32,000 nt of DNA from Candidatus Saccharimonadota bacterium (GCA_965230905.1 OZ246396.1:930001-962000); one strand, 5' to 3'. Shown: positions 15,622-24,683, numbered from the stretch's first letter. Translations and numbers: made by a program. The notes: generated from the letters alone by a model not told the origin.

Positions 15622-17256
15622 ATGGCTAAGAAAATACTATTCCAAGATGAAGCTCGTCAGAAACTGCTCAGCGGTGTACGTCAGCTTTCGGATGCCGTTC
15701 GTATTACTATGGGGCCAAAGGGCCGCAATGTACTTTTAGAAAAGAAGTTCGGTGGACCTCTCATCACGAACGACGGAGTGACGATCGCTAAGGAAATCGA
15801 CCTCAAGGATCCTGAAGAAAATGTGGGGGCTCAACTGGTTAAAGAAGTGGCGACGCGTACCAACGACATTGCTGGAGATGGAACTACAACAGCAACGGTT
15901 TTAGCCGCGGCTCTATTGGAAGAAGGAATTCGCAATGTGGTAGCGGGGGCGAACCCTGTGCTCCTCAAAAAAGGAATGGATAAGGCGGTTCACAAGGTGG
16001 TGGAACGCCTCAATGAAATGGCGAAACCGCTCAAGTCTCAAAAGGAAGTGGCGCAGGTGGCGACTATTTCTGCGCAAGATAGCGAGATTGGAGAAGTGAT
16101 TGCGGAGCTTATGGAAAAAGTGGGTCACGATGGCGCGATCACCGTGGAAGAAAGCCAGCGCGGGGTGGGAATTTCCTACCGAGTGGTGGAGGGAATGCAA
16201 TTCGACAACGGATACATCGCTCCTTACATGATCACCGATTCTACTCGAATGGAGGCCGTGTATGAGGATTGCAAAATTTTGATCACCGATAAAAAAATCA
16301 GCAACTTCAAAGACTTGCTGCCACTTTTGGAGGCAGTGGTGCAGAGTGGAAAGAAGGAACTCGTGATCCTTGCCGAAGACATCGATGGAGACGCGCTCAC
16401 GAATATTATTGTGAACAAGCTTCGTGGTGGATTCAGCATTTTGGGTATCAAGGCGCCTGCTTTTGGGGACCGACGCAAGGAAATGCTGCGTGACATCGCC
16501 ATTCTCACCGGTGGAACGGTGATTTCGGAAGAAATTGGACTCAAGCTCGAAAGCGTGAGTTTGAACGATTTGGGAGAGGCTAAAAAAGTGGTGAGCGGAA
16601 AGGATTCCACGATGATCATCGACGGAAAGGGAAGCTCTAGGGATGTGGAAAACCGCGTGGCGGAACTCAAGGCCATGATGGAATCCACTAAGTCTGATTT
16701 TGATCGAGAAAAACTTCAGGAACGGGTGGCTAAGCTCGCGGGCGGAGTGGGAATCATTGAAGTGGGCGCGGTGACGGAAATTGAGATGAAGGAAAAAAAG
16801 ACTCGCATCGAGGACGCGCTCAATGCGACCAAGGCGGCGGTTCAAGAAGGAATCGTGGCTGGAGGAGGAGCGGCTTTGCTCCACGCGGCCAAGGCTCTGG
16901 AGGATTTCCGTGGGGCGAATGAGGACGAAAACGTGGGGGCTAAGCTCGTGCGTTTTGTGCTCAGCGCGCCGATCCGACAGATTGCAGAGAATGCCGGAAA
17001 GAACGGGGAAGTGGTGATTGTGGAAGTGATGAAAGGCAAGAGCGACAGCTACGGTTACGATGCCTTGAACGATGAATACGTGGATATGTTTGAAGCGGGA
17101 ATTGTGGATCCAAAAATGGTGACACGCAGCGCGCTGGAAAACGCCGTTTCCGTTGCTGGAACCGTGCTGACTACGGGCGCAACTGTGACCGACATTCCCG
17201 AAGATAAACCAGCCGGAGGCATGGGCGGCATGCCGGGCATGGGGGATATGATGTAG
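15622..17256 (+). CDS. groEL: Chaperonin GroEL
   Basis: 544 aa. [14 protein letters not shown]...[10 protein letters not shown]...[10 protein letters not shown], with a C-terminal [13 protein letters not shown] tail. Confidence 0.98.
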   Translation: MAKKILFQDEARQKLLSGVRQLSDAVRITMGPKGRNVLLEKKFGGPLITNDGVTIAKEIDLKDPEENVGAQLVKEVATRTNDIAGDGTTTATVLAAALLEEGIRNVVAGANPVLLKKGMDKAVHKVVERLNEMAKPLKSQKEVAQVATISAQDSEIGEVIAELMEKVGHDGAITVEESQRGVGISYRVVEGMQFDNGYIAPYMITDSTRMEAVYEDCKILITDKKISNFKDLLPLLEAVVQSGKKELVILAEDIDGDALTNIIVNKLRGGFSILGIKAPAFGDRRKEMLRDIAILTGGTVISEEIGLKLESVSLNDLGEAKKVVSGKDSTMIIDGKGSSRDVENRVAELKAMMESTKSDFDREKLQERVAKLAGGVGIIEVGAVTEIEMKEKKTRIEDALNATKAAVQEGIVAGGGAALLHAAKALEDFRGANEDENVGAKLVRFVLSAPIRQIAENAGKNGEVVIVEVMKGKSDSYGYDALNDEYVDMFEAGIVDPKMVTRSALENAVSVAGTVLTTGATVTDIPEDKPAGGMGGMPGMGDMM

Positions 17257-17285
17257 GTGGAGCTTTACAAAAGTTATGATTGAGT

Positions 17286-17311
17286 TAAAAGTCACTCATA
17301 TGAGTGACTTT
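17286..17311. terminator. Rho-independent, bidirectional-type terminator after groEL
   Basis: Perfect palindrome AAAAGTCACTCATATGAGTGACTTTT, with the stem flanked by an A-run and a T-run. It starts 30 nt after the groEL stop. Confidence 0.6.
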
Positions 17312-17437
17312 TAAAATACTTCTGATGGTGTCAACTGGGGTGTTGTCAGACTTGTAACAACGCGAAATTTAAGAGTAATTTTGCCAAATTTTGCTGCTCA
17401 AACTTGATAATTTTCGTATTTGTAAGAGCATATAGGA

Positions 17438-17680
17438 ATGAAACGAATTCATTTTACACGACATGCCATTCAAAGAATGAAAGAACGAGGAATTACCTCT
17501 AGTGAAGTGATTAGCACTATTGATGCTTCACTTCAAACAACCTATAATCGAAATGTCTGCATAGCAAAAGGTTTGAGGACAAATGGACATCTACTAATTG
17601 TTGTTTTCTCAAGGGTAGGGCGCATTAAGGTAATTACTGTCATCGATACTTCAAAAGTTAAAAAATATCTTGATTTATGA
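17438..17680 (+). CDS. DUF4258 domain protein (toxin-like)
   Basis: 80 aa. MKRIHFTRHAIQRMKERGITSSEV matches the DUF4258 N-terminal signature as I remember it. Overlaps the next gene by 4 nt (ATGA). Strongly AT-rich. Confidence 0.7.
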   Translation: MKRIHFTRHAIQRMKERGITSSEVISTIDASLQTTYNRNVCIAKGLRTNGHLLIVVFSRVGRIKVITVIDTSKVKKYLDL

Positions 17681-17880
17681 CCAAAATTTCTTACGATCCC
17701 GAAGTTAAGATCCTAAGCATTCGTCTCCAAAAGACGAAGAGTGTTGATAGTGAACTCAAGGAGAATGTAGTGCTGGACTATGATAAAAATGGGCGTTTGG
17801 TGAACATAGATATTATGGAAGTAGATTTAGAGGATTTACTCGCCTCTTCTGGTGTAGAGGGGATTCATGAAAACAACTGA
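17677..17880 (+). CDS. DUF2283 domain protein (antitoxin-like)
   Basis: 67 aa. ISYDPEVKILSIRL...VVLDYDKNGRLVNIDIMEV matches the DUF2283 pattern (YD-x-E-x-D...D-x-D-x-x-G-x-l-v-G-I-E-I). Confidence 0.75.
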   Translation: MTKISYDPEVKILSIRLQKTKSVDSELKENVVLDYDKNGRLVNIDIMEVDLEDLLASSGVEGIHENN

Positions 17881-17951
17881 TTCGTTCCAGGTTCCACCCG
17901 CTTGTGAAAAGTCCATTTTTTTGCTATACTTATAAGATTTAAATAAAACAA

Positions 17952-18242
17952 ATGACTGAACGGGAACAAGCAGTGAAGGCTTTAGCGCTAAGGGCAGCCC
18001 TTAGTCTCGCTTTTCAGGAATTTTATGCCAGCAAGGCCGCTCCTGAAGTTTGGGAGCAGTTGGTTGCGACTTGGGATGACGAGACCATGCACGCCATGAC
18101 GCTGATTTTGGATGAAGAAGATGCGCTCCGTAAGGATTTGGGAATGGAAACCGCGCGAAAAACTAAGGTGAACGAAACCTCTTTACGTCAAAAAATTGAA
18201 CAAATGCGTGTGACTGCGCATGCTCTTAACCAGAACAAATAA
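17952..18242 (+). CDS. Hypothetical protein (orphan, helical)
   Basis: 96 aa. Its stop overlaps the start of the 400-aa ORF by 1 nt (TAATG). No motif recognised. Confidence 0.5.
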   Translation: MTEREQAVKALALRAALSLAFQEFYASKAAPEVWEQLVATWDDETMHAMTLILDEEDALRKDLGMETARKTKVNETSLRQKIEQMRVTAHALNQNK

Positions 18243-19444
18243 TGACGGATACTCCAACGACTCCAGAAACTCCCGACGTTGCTGCAATTGCAGCGGCAGC
18301 TGGTGTTGAAAAACCTCCAGTAGTTCCTGCTGGAACGGAGCTAGAATTCGGTGCAGTTGTCGAAAAAGGAGTGATGAGCTGGATTTATGACAAGATGGGT
18401 GGTGATAAGGTTATTTTGGATTATGTTGAAGACAATCCGGATACTTTGACATCGGCCATGAGCCTATTTGGGGCCCAAAAATCTCAAATTGAAACTCGTG
18501 AAGGACTCGCTAGCCTCCACATCACGCAACGTATTGGACTTTTAATATATGCTCAGATTAAGGGGGCCGGAGACGATGATGAAGAAAGTTCGGAATCCGC
18601 CGATGAACCGGCTGCATCGAAGTCGCTTACAGAAGCGCTCAAGGGGAAAGGGAAGACGCTGACTTTTAAGGATTATCAAGCGTATTGGGCGGCGAACCCT
18701 GGTGCGAAAGCGCCTGTGTTCCCTGATTCGACTCACGCCATTGTGAAGAATGCGGACTTTGATTGGGTAAAAATTTCTACCGCCCTGGCGACTAAAGATA
18801 AAGACGTTGCGAAGCAATGGCCTAAACTTTTCCCTTACCCTGCGGGATCCCGCGTGGTGATGGATAAAACACCTACGGATCTACAGATTTTTGCAGATTC
18901 TCCTGTTGGGAAACTCGCTTTGGAGTCCATGGGACTTAAAATGACCGTGGTTCCGCTGGGAAGCACCGATAAACCCGCCGACAATGAAATTCAATTGGTT
19001 TCCTTGCAGGACAGCGACCCAATGGATCCGAAAAATGTTGAGAAAGTCGCAACGATGTGGGACGACGGAGTACCTACACAGTTTGCCGGTGCTCCTAAAA
19101 CAGTGGCCGCAGTGCAAGCGCTTAAAGCCAGCAAGCCAGAAACCCAAGCTACTTTTGACCTTCAGCCTTCCGTGAGTGCGGCCAAGGCCTTTTTATCAGA
19201 AAAAGGGAAGCCTTTAGAGGCCTTAGATTTTGATAAAACCCTCGTAACTAAACCTGGCGAACCCCAGTTTGATAAGTCTTTCACTTTTATGACCGACGCT
19301 ATGCATGTGGGTGAACATCCCAACAATGCTCAGCTTAAAAAAGAGACCGTTGCGTGGTTTATAAGTGTTCCTACCAAGGATGGAGCCAACGCGGAACTTT
19401 TAGCCTTTGACGCCTCAAGTAAAATCATTGGTTTTGCCGATTAA
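18242..19444 (+). CDS. Hypothetical protein (orphan), Pro/Ala-rich N-terminus and an acidic DDDEESSESADE linker
   Basis: 400-aa uninterrupted ORF with codon usage similar to its neighbours. No TM segment, signal peptide or known motif. Ends 12 nt before pilT. Confidence 0.65.
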   Translation: MTDTPTTPETPDVAAIAAAAGVEKPPVVPAGTELEFGAVVEKGVMSWIYDKMGGDKVILDYVEDNPDTLTSAMSLFGAQKSQIETREGLASLHITQRIGLLIYAQIKGAGDDDEESSESADEPAASKSLTEALKGKGKTLTFKDYQAYWAANPGAKAPVFPDSTHAIVKNADFDWVKISTALATKDKDVAKQWPKLFPYPAGSRVVMDKTPTDLQIFADSPVGKLALESMGLKMTVVPLGSTDKPADNEIQLVSLQDSDPMDPKNVEKVATMWDDGVPTQFAGAPKTVAAVQALKASKPETQATFDLQPSVSAAKAFLSEKGKPLEALDFDKTLVTKPGEPQFDKSFTFMTDAMHVGEHPNNAQLKKETVAWFISVPTKDGANAELLAFDASSKIIGFAD

Positions 19445-19456
19445 TTCATCCCTTTT

Positions 19457-20518
19457 ATGGACATCAACCTCTACCTCAAACAAGTAACCGACAGTCATTC
19501 GCCCGACCTGCATCTTAAGGTGGGACGTGTGCCGCTGGTGCGACTCAGCAATGGGGAGATTTATGAAATGCAGGATGCGGAACCGATGACCGTGAACAGC
19601 ATGGATGAGGTGATTGCTCAGGTTTTGACTCCAGAAAAACTTGCTCTTTTTAAAGACAAACAAGAAATCGATACGTCCTACGCTGTTATGGGAACCGGAC
19701 GTTTTCGTGTGAATGTGTTCATGGATTCGGATGGGCCTGGGATGGCTTTCCGAAGTATTCCTTCCGAAATTCCTACACTGCAAAGCATGGGGCTGCCCGA
19801 GATGCTGAAGCGTTTCACACAAAAATCTAAAGGGCTTCTGATTGTGACTGGGCCCACGGGTTCCGGTAAGTCCACCACTTTGGCGGCCATGATCAATGAA
19901 GTGAATATGAGCCGACGCGTGCACATTATTACGGTGGAAGATCCGATTGAGTTCGTGCATCAGCCTAAAATGGCACTCATGACGCAGCGCGAAGTGGGTA
20001 CGCACACGCAATCTTTTCCGATGGCGATACGTGCGGCGCTCCGCGAAGACCCCGATGTGATTTTGGTGGGGGAAATGCGTGATCTCGATACCATTTCGGC
20101 TGCCATCACTTTGGCGGAAACCGGACACTTGGTGCTGGCCACCTTGCACACGCAGGATGCCGCGCAAAGTATCGACCGTATTATTGATATTTTTCCTCCT
20201 CATCAACAAGCTCAGATCCGTACGCAGCTCTCCACCACTTTGCTGGGAATCGTGGCTCAACGCCTCATTCCTAAAGCAGATGGAAGCGGACGTGCCCTGG
20301 CTTTGGAAATTTTGGTTCGCAACGATGCGATCACCAATTGTATTAAAGAAGGAAACACGCATCAGATCTACTCCATGATGCAAATTGGAAAGGAAGACGG
20401 CATGCTCACGCTGGATGCGTCGCTGGCCGAACTCTACAAAAACGGAATCATTTCTGAACAGGACATGCTGCTTCGTGCACACGATCCTGAACTCATCGCT
20501 AACCTTATGCAATCATGA
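19457..20518 (+). CDS. pilT: Type IV pilus retraction ATPase PilT
   Basis: 353 aa. Walker A GPTGSGKSTT, Walker B ILVGEMRD, His box TGHLVLATLHT, and the PilT-type motif AITNCIKEGNTHQI (compare AIRNLIREgKxhQi). Confidence 0.9.
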   Translation: MDINLYLKQVTDSHSPDLHLKVGRVPLVRLSNGEIYEMQDAEPMTVNSMDEVIAQVLTPEKLALFKDKQEIDTSYAVMGTGRFRVNVFMDSDGPGMAFRSIPSEIPTLQSMGLPEMLKRFTQKSKGLLIVTGPTGSGKSTTLAAMINEVNMSRRVHIITVEDPIEFVHQPKMALMTQREVGTHTQSFPMAIRAALREDPDVILVGEMRDLDTISAAITLAETGHLVLATLHTQDAAQSIDRIIDIFPPHQQAQIRTQLSTTLLGIVAQRLIPKADGSGRALALEILVRNDAITNCIKEGNTHQIYSMMQIGKEDGMLTLDASLAELYKNGIISEQDMLLRAHDPELIANLMQS

Positions 20519-21324
20519 GCTCACTTTTCATCAATTTGACCGACCCCATTATTTACCAAAGTTTTGGAGGTGACGAGTATTGGACCAAAGAAAGCTTCAC
20601 TGCTGGCTCAGCCATTTTAAAAGAAGGGGACGATTCCCAAGATTTCTATTATATTTTCTCCGGTTTGGTGAAGATCAACAAGTCGCTTAAGGATGGGGAG
20701 CAAACACAAAAGCATTTAGCTACGCTCGGAGTGGGCGATTTTTTTGGAGAAGGCGCTTTGCTTTCCGACAAAATGCGCGGCGCTACCGTGGAAGCTTTGC
20801 AAGACACCGTGTTACTCAAACTTTCGTTACCTAAATTTGAAGGCTTGGTGATCAAGGATCCTCAGGCGGCCGTGGGCATTATTTTGGGAATTGTGAAGGT
20901 GATGAATGGGCGACTCCAAACCATGAATGAACGACTCGTGATGCTGGAACATGTCAGCGCGCTGACCCGAAAAATGCAGGGAGACACCGCTCAAGTGTTG
21001 CCCTCTATTTTGAAAGAAGTGGAAATGGTTTTACACCACCGCACGGTGGTTTTGTTCGCTCCGGCTGGAACGGTGAAATACGCTACGCCTAGTTTGACGC
21101 CTGAACAATTGGCGGCTGCAACGGCTTCTTTGGCTAAGGTGCTTGCCGCGTGTGCTCAGCCCAATGCTGAACTCAGTTTTATTGAAGGAACGCAGCTCTA
21201 CATCGCGGTGCGTAATCTGCAAGGCGAACTCAAAGGCGTGTTCGCCACGGAGGTGTGCCCACGTTGCCAAGAAGAAGATATGCATTTGCTCCTTACGGTT
21301 GCGGAACAAATTGGGAACTTGTAA
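20515..21324 (+). CDS. Cyclic-nucleotide-binding domain protein with an uncharacterised (possibly GAF-like) C-terminal domain
   Basis: 269 aa. The phosphate-binding cassette GDFFGEGALLSDKMRGATVEAL is present (compare the PKA-type FGELAL...RAATV). The C-terminal ~130 aa end in EEDMHLLLTVAEQIGNL, so the GAF call is weak. ATGA overlap with pilT. Confidence 0.75.
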   Translation: MSSLFINLTDPIIYQSFGGDEYWTKESFTAGSAILKEGDDSQDFYYIFSGLVKINKSLKDGEQTQKHLATLGVGDFFGEGALLSDKMRGATVEALQDTVLLKLSLPKFEGLVIKDPQAAVGIILGIVKVMNGRLQTMNERLVMLEHVSALTRKMQGDTAQVLPSILKEVEMVLHHRTVVLFAPAGTVKYATPSLTPEQLAAATASLAKVLAACAQPNAELSFIEGTQLYIAVRNLQGELKGVFATEVCPRCQEEDMHLLLTVAEQIGNL

Positions 21325-21348
21325 GATAGGTGGGACTCGCCTCCACTT

Positions 21349-21687
21349 ATGGATGACATTTATTTCCCCGACGAAGCCGATGACGACGGCGTGAATGTTG
21401 CTTTTGAAAAGCAGCCTATTGAGGATATTAAGGGCACGCACCCGTCCGGGTTGAACCCTTCCGACTACGTGAAGATTACTTTTGATCGTTTTGTGGCGCT
21501 GGTGGCGAACCACAGTTTCTTGGATGTGGTGGAACGCAACAAACAAGAAGAAGTTATTTTGAGCACCAATTTGCTCACCGACCTTGCGAATGCACGCCGT
21601 TTTGCACCCAATACTCGCACGCCGCTGATGGTGTTTGGAGGAATCGCCGTAGGGATTTTACTCGGTTATATTATTTTCAAGTTATGA
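21349..21687 (+). CDS. Hypothetical tail-anchored membrane protein
   Basis: 112 aa with an acidic N-terminus and a single C-terminal TM segment, LMVFGGIAVGILLGYIIF. ATGA overlap with the pyrH start. Confidence 0.55.
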   Translation: MDDIYFPDEADDDGVNVAFEKQPIEDIKGTHPSGLNPSDYVKITFDRFVALVANHSFLDVVERNKQEEVILSTNLLTDLANARRFAPNTRTPLMVFGGIAVGILLGYIIFKL

Positions 21688-22385
21688 AGACCAAACGCTT
21701 GATGATTAAAGTTTCCGGCGAAATGCTGGCGGGCAGTGACGGACAAGGGGCCGATGCCGCCGCCGTCATGGCCTTGGCTCAGGACATCAAAGCGCTTTGG
21801 AAAAAGAAACTGCAAATTGCCATCACGGTGGGCGGCGGCAACTTTTGGCGCTACCGCGACAATAAAAAGCTCACCATTTCCCGCAGTGCTTCCGATGCCA
21901 TTGGTATGCTCGCCACTATGATGAATGGGCGGCTGCTTCAAGAAGCGCTCAAGTCCATAAATGTTCCGGCTCATCTCTTCAGTGCTCATGGGGAATTTTA
22001 CTTTGCAACCCCCTATATGCCCTCTCTAGCTGCCCAGCTGCTTGGCCACGGTGATGTAGTGATCTGCAGCGGTGGAACGGGGAATCCTTACTTCACGACC
22101 GATACGTCTGCGGCGCTCCGCGCGCTTGAGCTGAATTGCGAAGTGCTCTTAAAAGAAACCAAAGTGCAGGGAGTCTACGACAAAGATCCGATGAAGCATA
22201 AAAATGCCAAATTTTTTCCCACGATTTCTTACGCCGAGGTGATGAAGCGCGAGTTGCAAGTTATGGATTTAAGCGCTATTTTGCTCTGTAGGGACAACGC
22301 ACTTCCGGTGCTCGTGTTCCAAGGTAAATCCGGCAACTTGCTCAAGGCAGCGCTGGGTAAAAAAATCGGTTCTCTAATATCTTAA
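21684..22385 (+). CDS. pyrH: UMP kinase
   Basis: 233 aa. RLMIKVSGEML...ITVGGGNFWRYRD and CSGGTGNPYFTTDTSAALRA. Confidence 0.9.
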   Translation: MKTKRLMIKVSGEMLAGSDGQGADAAAVMALAQDIKALWKKKLQIAITVGGGNFWRYRDNKKLTISRSASDAIGMLATMMNGRLLQEALKSINVPAHLFSAHGEFYFATPYMPSLAAQLLGHGDVVICSGGTGNPYFTTDTSAALRALELNCEVLLKETKVQGVYDKDPMKHKNAKFFPTISYAEVMKRELQVMDLSAILLCRDNALPVLVFQGKSGNLLKAALGKKIGSLIS

Positions 22386-22391
22386 ACTTTT

Positions 22392-22949
22392 ATGGCACAT
22401 CCTTTAGTACAAAAAACCAAACAAGATCTAGTTAAAGCCATCGAGCACCTTGGGGAAGAATTCAACAAACTCCAAGTGGGCCGCGCGTCCAGTGGAATGG
22501 TGGATACCCTCATGGTGGAATCTTATGGCGTGATGCAACCCATTAAAAACATCGCCAGTGTGAGCATTCCCGATGCGCGCACCATTCAAATTCAACCCTG
22601 GGATCGGTCTACTTTAGCGGGCGTGGAAAAAGCCATTCGTGATTCTGACCTCAATCTCAATCCCAACAACAATGGGCTCGCCATTATTTTAAACATTCCT
22701 CCGCTAACCGAAGAACGTCGTCGCGATTTGGTGAAGGTGGTGGGACGCATGTCTGAGGAAGCTAAAATCGCCGTGCGTAATCTGCGCCACGACGCCATGA
22801 CTTCATTCAAAAAAATGGAACACGAAGAAGAGCTGAGTGAAGACGAACGCAAAGGTGCCGAGAATGCACTTCAAGCCGAAGTGGACGCCACCAACAAACA
22901 AATTGAAGAACTCGCTCGAAAGAAGGAGGAAGCCATTATGACCCTTTAA
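22392..22949 (+). CDS. frr: Ribosome recycling factor
   Basis: 185 aa. LQVGRASSGMVD...IQPWDRS...AIRDSDLNLNPNNNG...IPPLTEERRRDLVK. Confidence 0.95.
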   Translation: MAHPLVQKTKQDLVKAIEHLGEEFNKLQVGRASSGMVDTLMVESYGVMQPIKNIASVSIPDARTIQIQPWDRSTLAGVEKAIRDSDLNLNPNNNGLAIILNIPPLTEERRRDLVKVVGRMSEEAKIAVRNLRHDAMTSFKKMEHEEELSEDERKGAENALQAEVDATNKQIEELARKKEEAIMTL

Positions 22950-22974
22950 TAGGCCGAAGCTACATCAATATATT

Positions 22975-24615
22975 ATGAATTTTATTCTCACCGTTGTTAT
23001 TTTCATCATCGTATTTTCAGTGCTCATCCTCATTCACGAGGCCGGGCATTTTTTTGCAGCGAAACGAGCGGGTGTGAAAGTGGAAGAATTTGGAATGGGC
23101 TTGCCGCCCCGCATGTTTGGAATCAAAAAAGGAGAAACCATTTACTCCATCAACTGGATCCCATTTGGTGGATTTGTGCGCATGCTGGGTGAGGACACGT
23201 CTAGTAAAGAATCTCGCAGCAGTGAGCGCAGTTTTGCCAATCAGCCGCTCCGTACTCAGGCTTGGATTGTGGTGGCCGGTGTGGTGATGAATTTGCTTTT
23301 GGCTTTTGTGCTGCTCACCGTTGGGTTTTCCATTGGAATCGAGCCGCTCATCAGTACTGAGGAGGATTTTTACGCGGGCATTCAAGACGGCACTGTGAAC
23401 GTGGAACCCGGCATTGTGGTGGTGGAATCCAATCAGCCTTACAACACGGTGGTTTATAACGGAGAAGATCTAGAAGTGCGATCCTTTGAAGTGGGAGACC
23501 GAATCATAACGAGTGGTGGAAGCGACTCGCTGGATTCCGTGGAAGAGTGGCAGGCCATGGTGGACAGTGTGAACGCCGGTGGTGAAGCGCCCTTGGTGCA
23601 AATGGACCGTGCCGATGGAAGCGGTGGAGCCGAATACTTGAGCAAAGATCTTTTGTCTCAGACCGTTTTCTCTACTTTGTATTTGCCTCGCTTGGTGTAC
23701 CGAGAAGACGCGACGTCCGTTTTCAGCGGCGTTCTGACGGAGGGCGATGCGATTATCCGCATCAATGGCGAAGAAATTTTAAGTTCGGATGACTTATATA
23801 CTCATTTGGAGGGAGAGGAGCTCGTGACGCTCACCATTTATCGAGCCGGTTTGGGTGATATGGAACTGCCTTTCTCGGTTCCGGTGAATTTGCCTATTGT
23901 GACCTATGTTCAGCCGGAATCTCCTGCTGAACTGGGCGGCATTCAGATTGGGGATCGGATTATGGCTTTAAATGGAGTGAACGTACACAGTGCTCAAGAG
24001 GTGACGGACCTCACCGTTGAGTATGCAAAGGAAGGGTCTATTAGGTATACCCTGCCGCGTGGCGAGGAAATACGGATCATTGAACTTAGCCCGCGTGAAG
24101 AAGATGGGCGAGTGGGCATTGGCCTTTCGGACCTTTTGCCGAACTATGGAAATCTTTCTTTGTACGAAAGCTACGTTCCACACACACTCATGGGTTTTGA
24201 AACCGTTCAATACGGCTGGTCCGCGCCTTGGGTAGCGCTTAAAGAAATGGGGCGTCTCGCCAAAATCACGGCGGTTATGTTTGCCGGGGTGCTTCAACAA
24301 TTTGTGAGCGGAGGCGGAGTGCCTGAAGGCGTTGCGGGTCCGGTGGGTATTGCTCAAATGACCTTTGTGACGGTGCAAGCCGGTTTTGCGGCCATGCTGC
24401 GTTTTGTGGCGCTGCTTTCACTCAGCCTCGGAGTCATCAACATTTTGCCGATTCCCGCCTTGGATGGAGGTAAATTTTTCTTCATTGTGGTTCGCGCCCT
24501 CACTGGTAAAAAAATGAATCCCAAACACGAGAACCTCATTCACGCCGGAGGCTTCTTCTTCCTCATTTGTCTCATCCTCTACATCACGTTCAATGATGTG
24601 GTGAAATTGTTTTAA
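22975..24615 (+). CDS. rseP: RIP site-2 zinc metalloprotease RseP (M50) with an extended PDZ region
   Basis: 546 aa. HEAGHFFAAK (HExxH) lies in TM1, and the C-terminal INILPIPALDGG (NxxPxxxLDG) is present. The central PDZ-like blocks include GDRIMALNGVNV. Confidence 0.9.
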   Translation: MNFILTVVIFIIVFSVLILIHEAGHFFAAKRAGVKVEEFGMGLPPRMFGIKKGETIYSINWIPFGGFVRMLGEDTSSKESRSSERSFANQPLRTQAWIVVAGVVMNLLLAFVLLTVGFSIGIEPLISTEEDFYAGIQDGTVNVEPGIVVVESNQPYNTVVYNGEDLEVRSFEVGDRIITSGGSDSLDSVEEWQAMVDSVNAGGEAPLVQMDRADGSGGAEYLSKDLLSQTVFSTLYLPRLVYREDATSVFSGVLTEGDAIIRINGEEILSSDDLYTHLEGEELVTLTIYRAGLGDMELPFSVPVNLPIVTYVQPESPAELGGIQIGDRIMALNGVNVHSAQEVTDLTVEYAKEGSIRYTLPRGEEIRIIELSPREEDGRVGIGLSDLLPNYGNLSLYESYVPHTLMGFETVQYGWSAPWVALKEMGRLAKITAVMFAGVLQQFVSGGGVPEGVAGPVGIAQMTFVTVQAGFAAMLRFVALLSLSLGVINILPIPALDGGKFFFIVVRALTGKKMNPKHENLIHAGGFFFLICLILYITFNDVVKLF

Positions 24616-24683
24616 TTCTACCAGTTGTTGTTGCTTGCGCCATGAGCCACTAGGCTTCCGCGTCAGCTGCTTTTTATGTCAAA

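Noticed and set aside
15913-17295. 460-aa ORF on the minus strand covering most of groEL
   Set aside because: The + strand encodes a textbook GroEL. The antisense product is His/Arg/Phe-rich, low in complexity and has no motifs. It is a shadow ORF produced by codon bias that avoids TTA/CTA/TCA in the sense frame.
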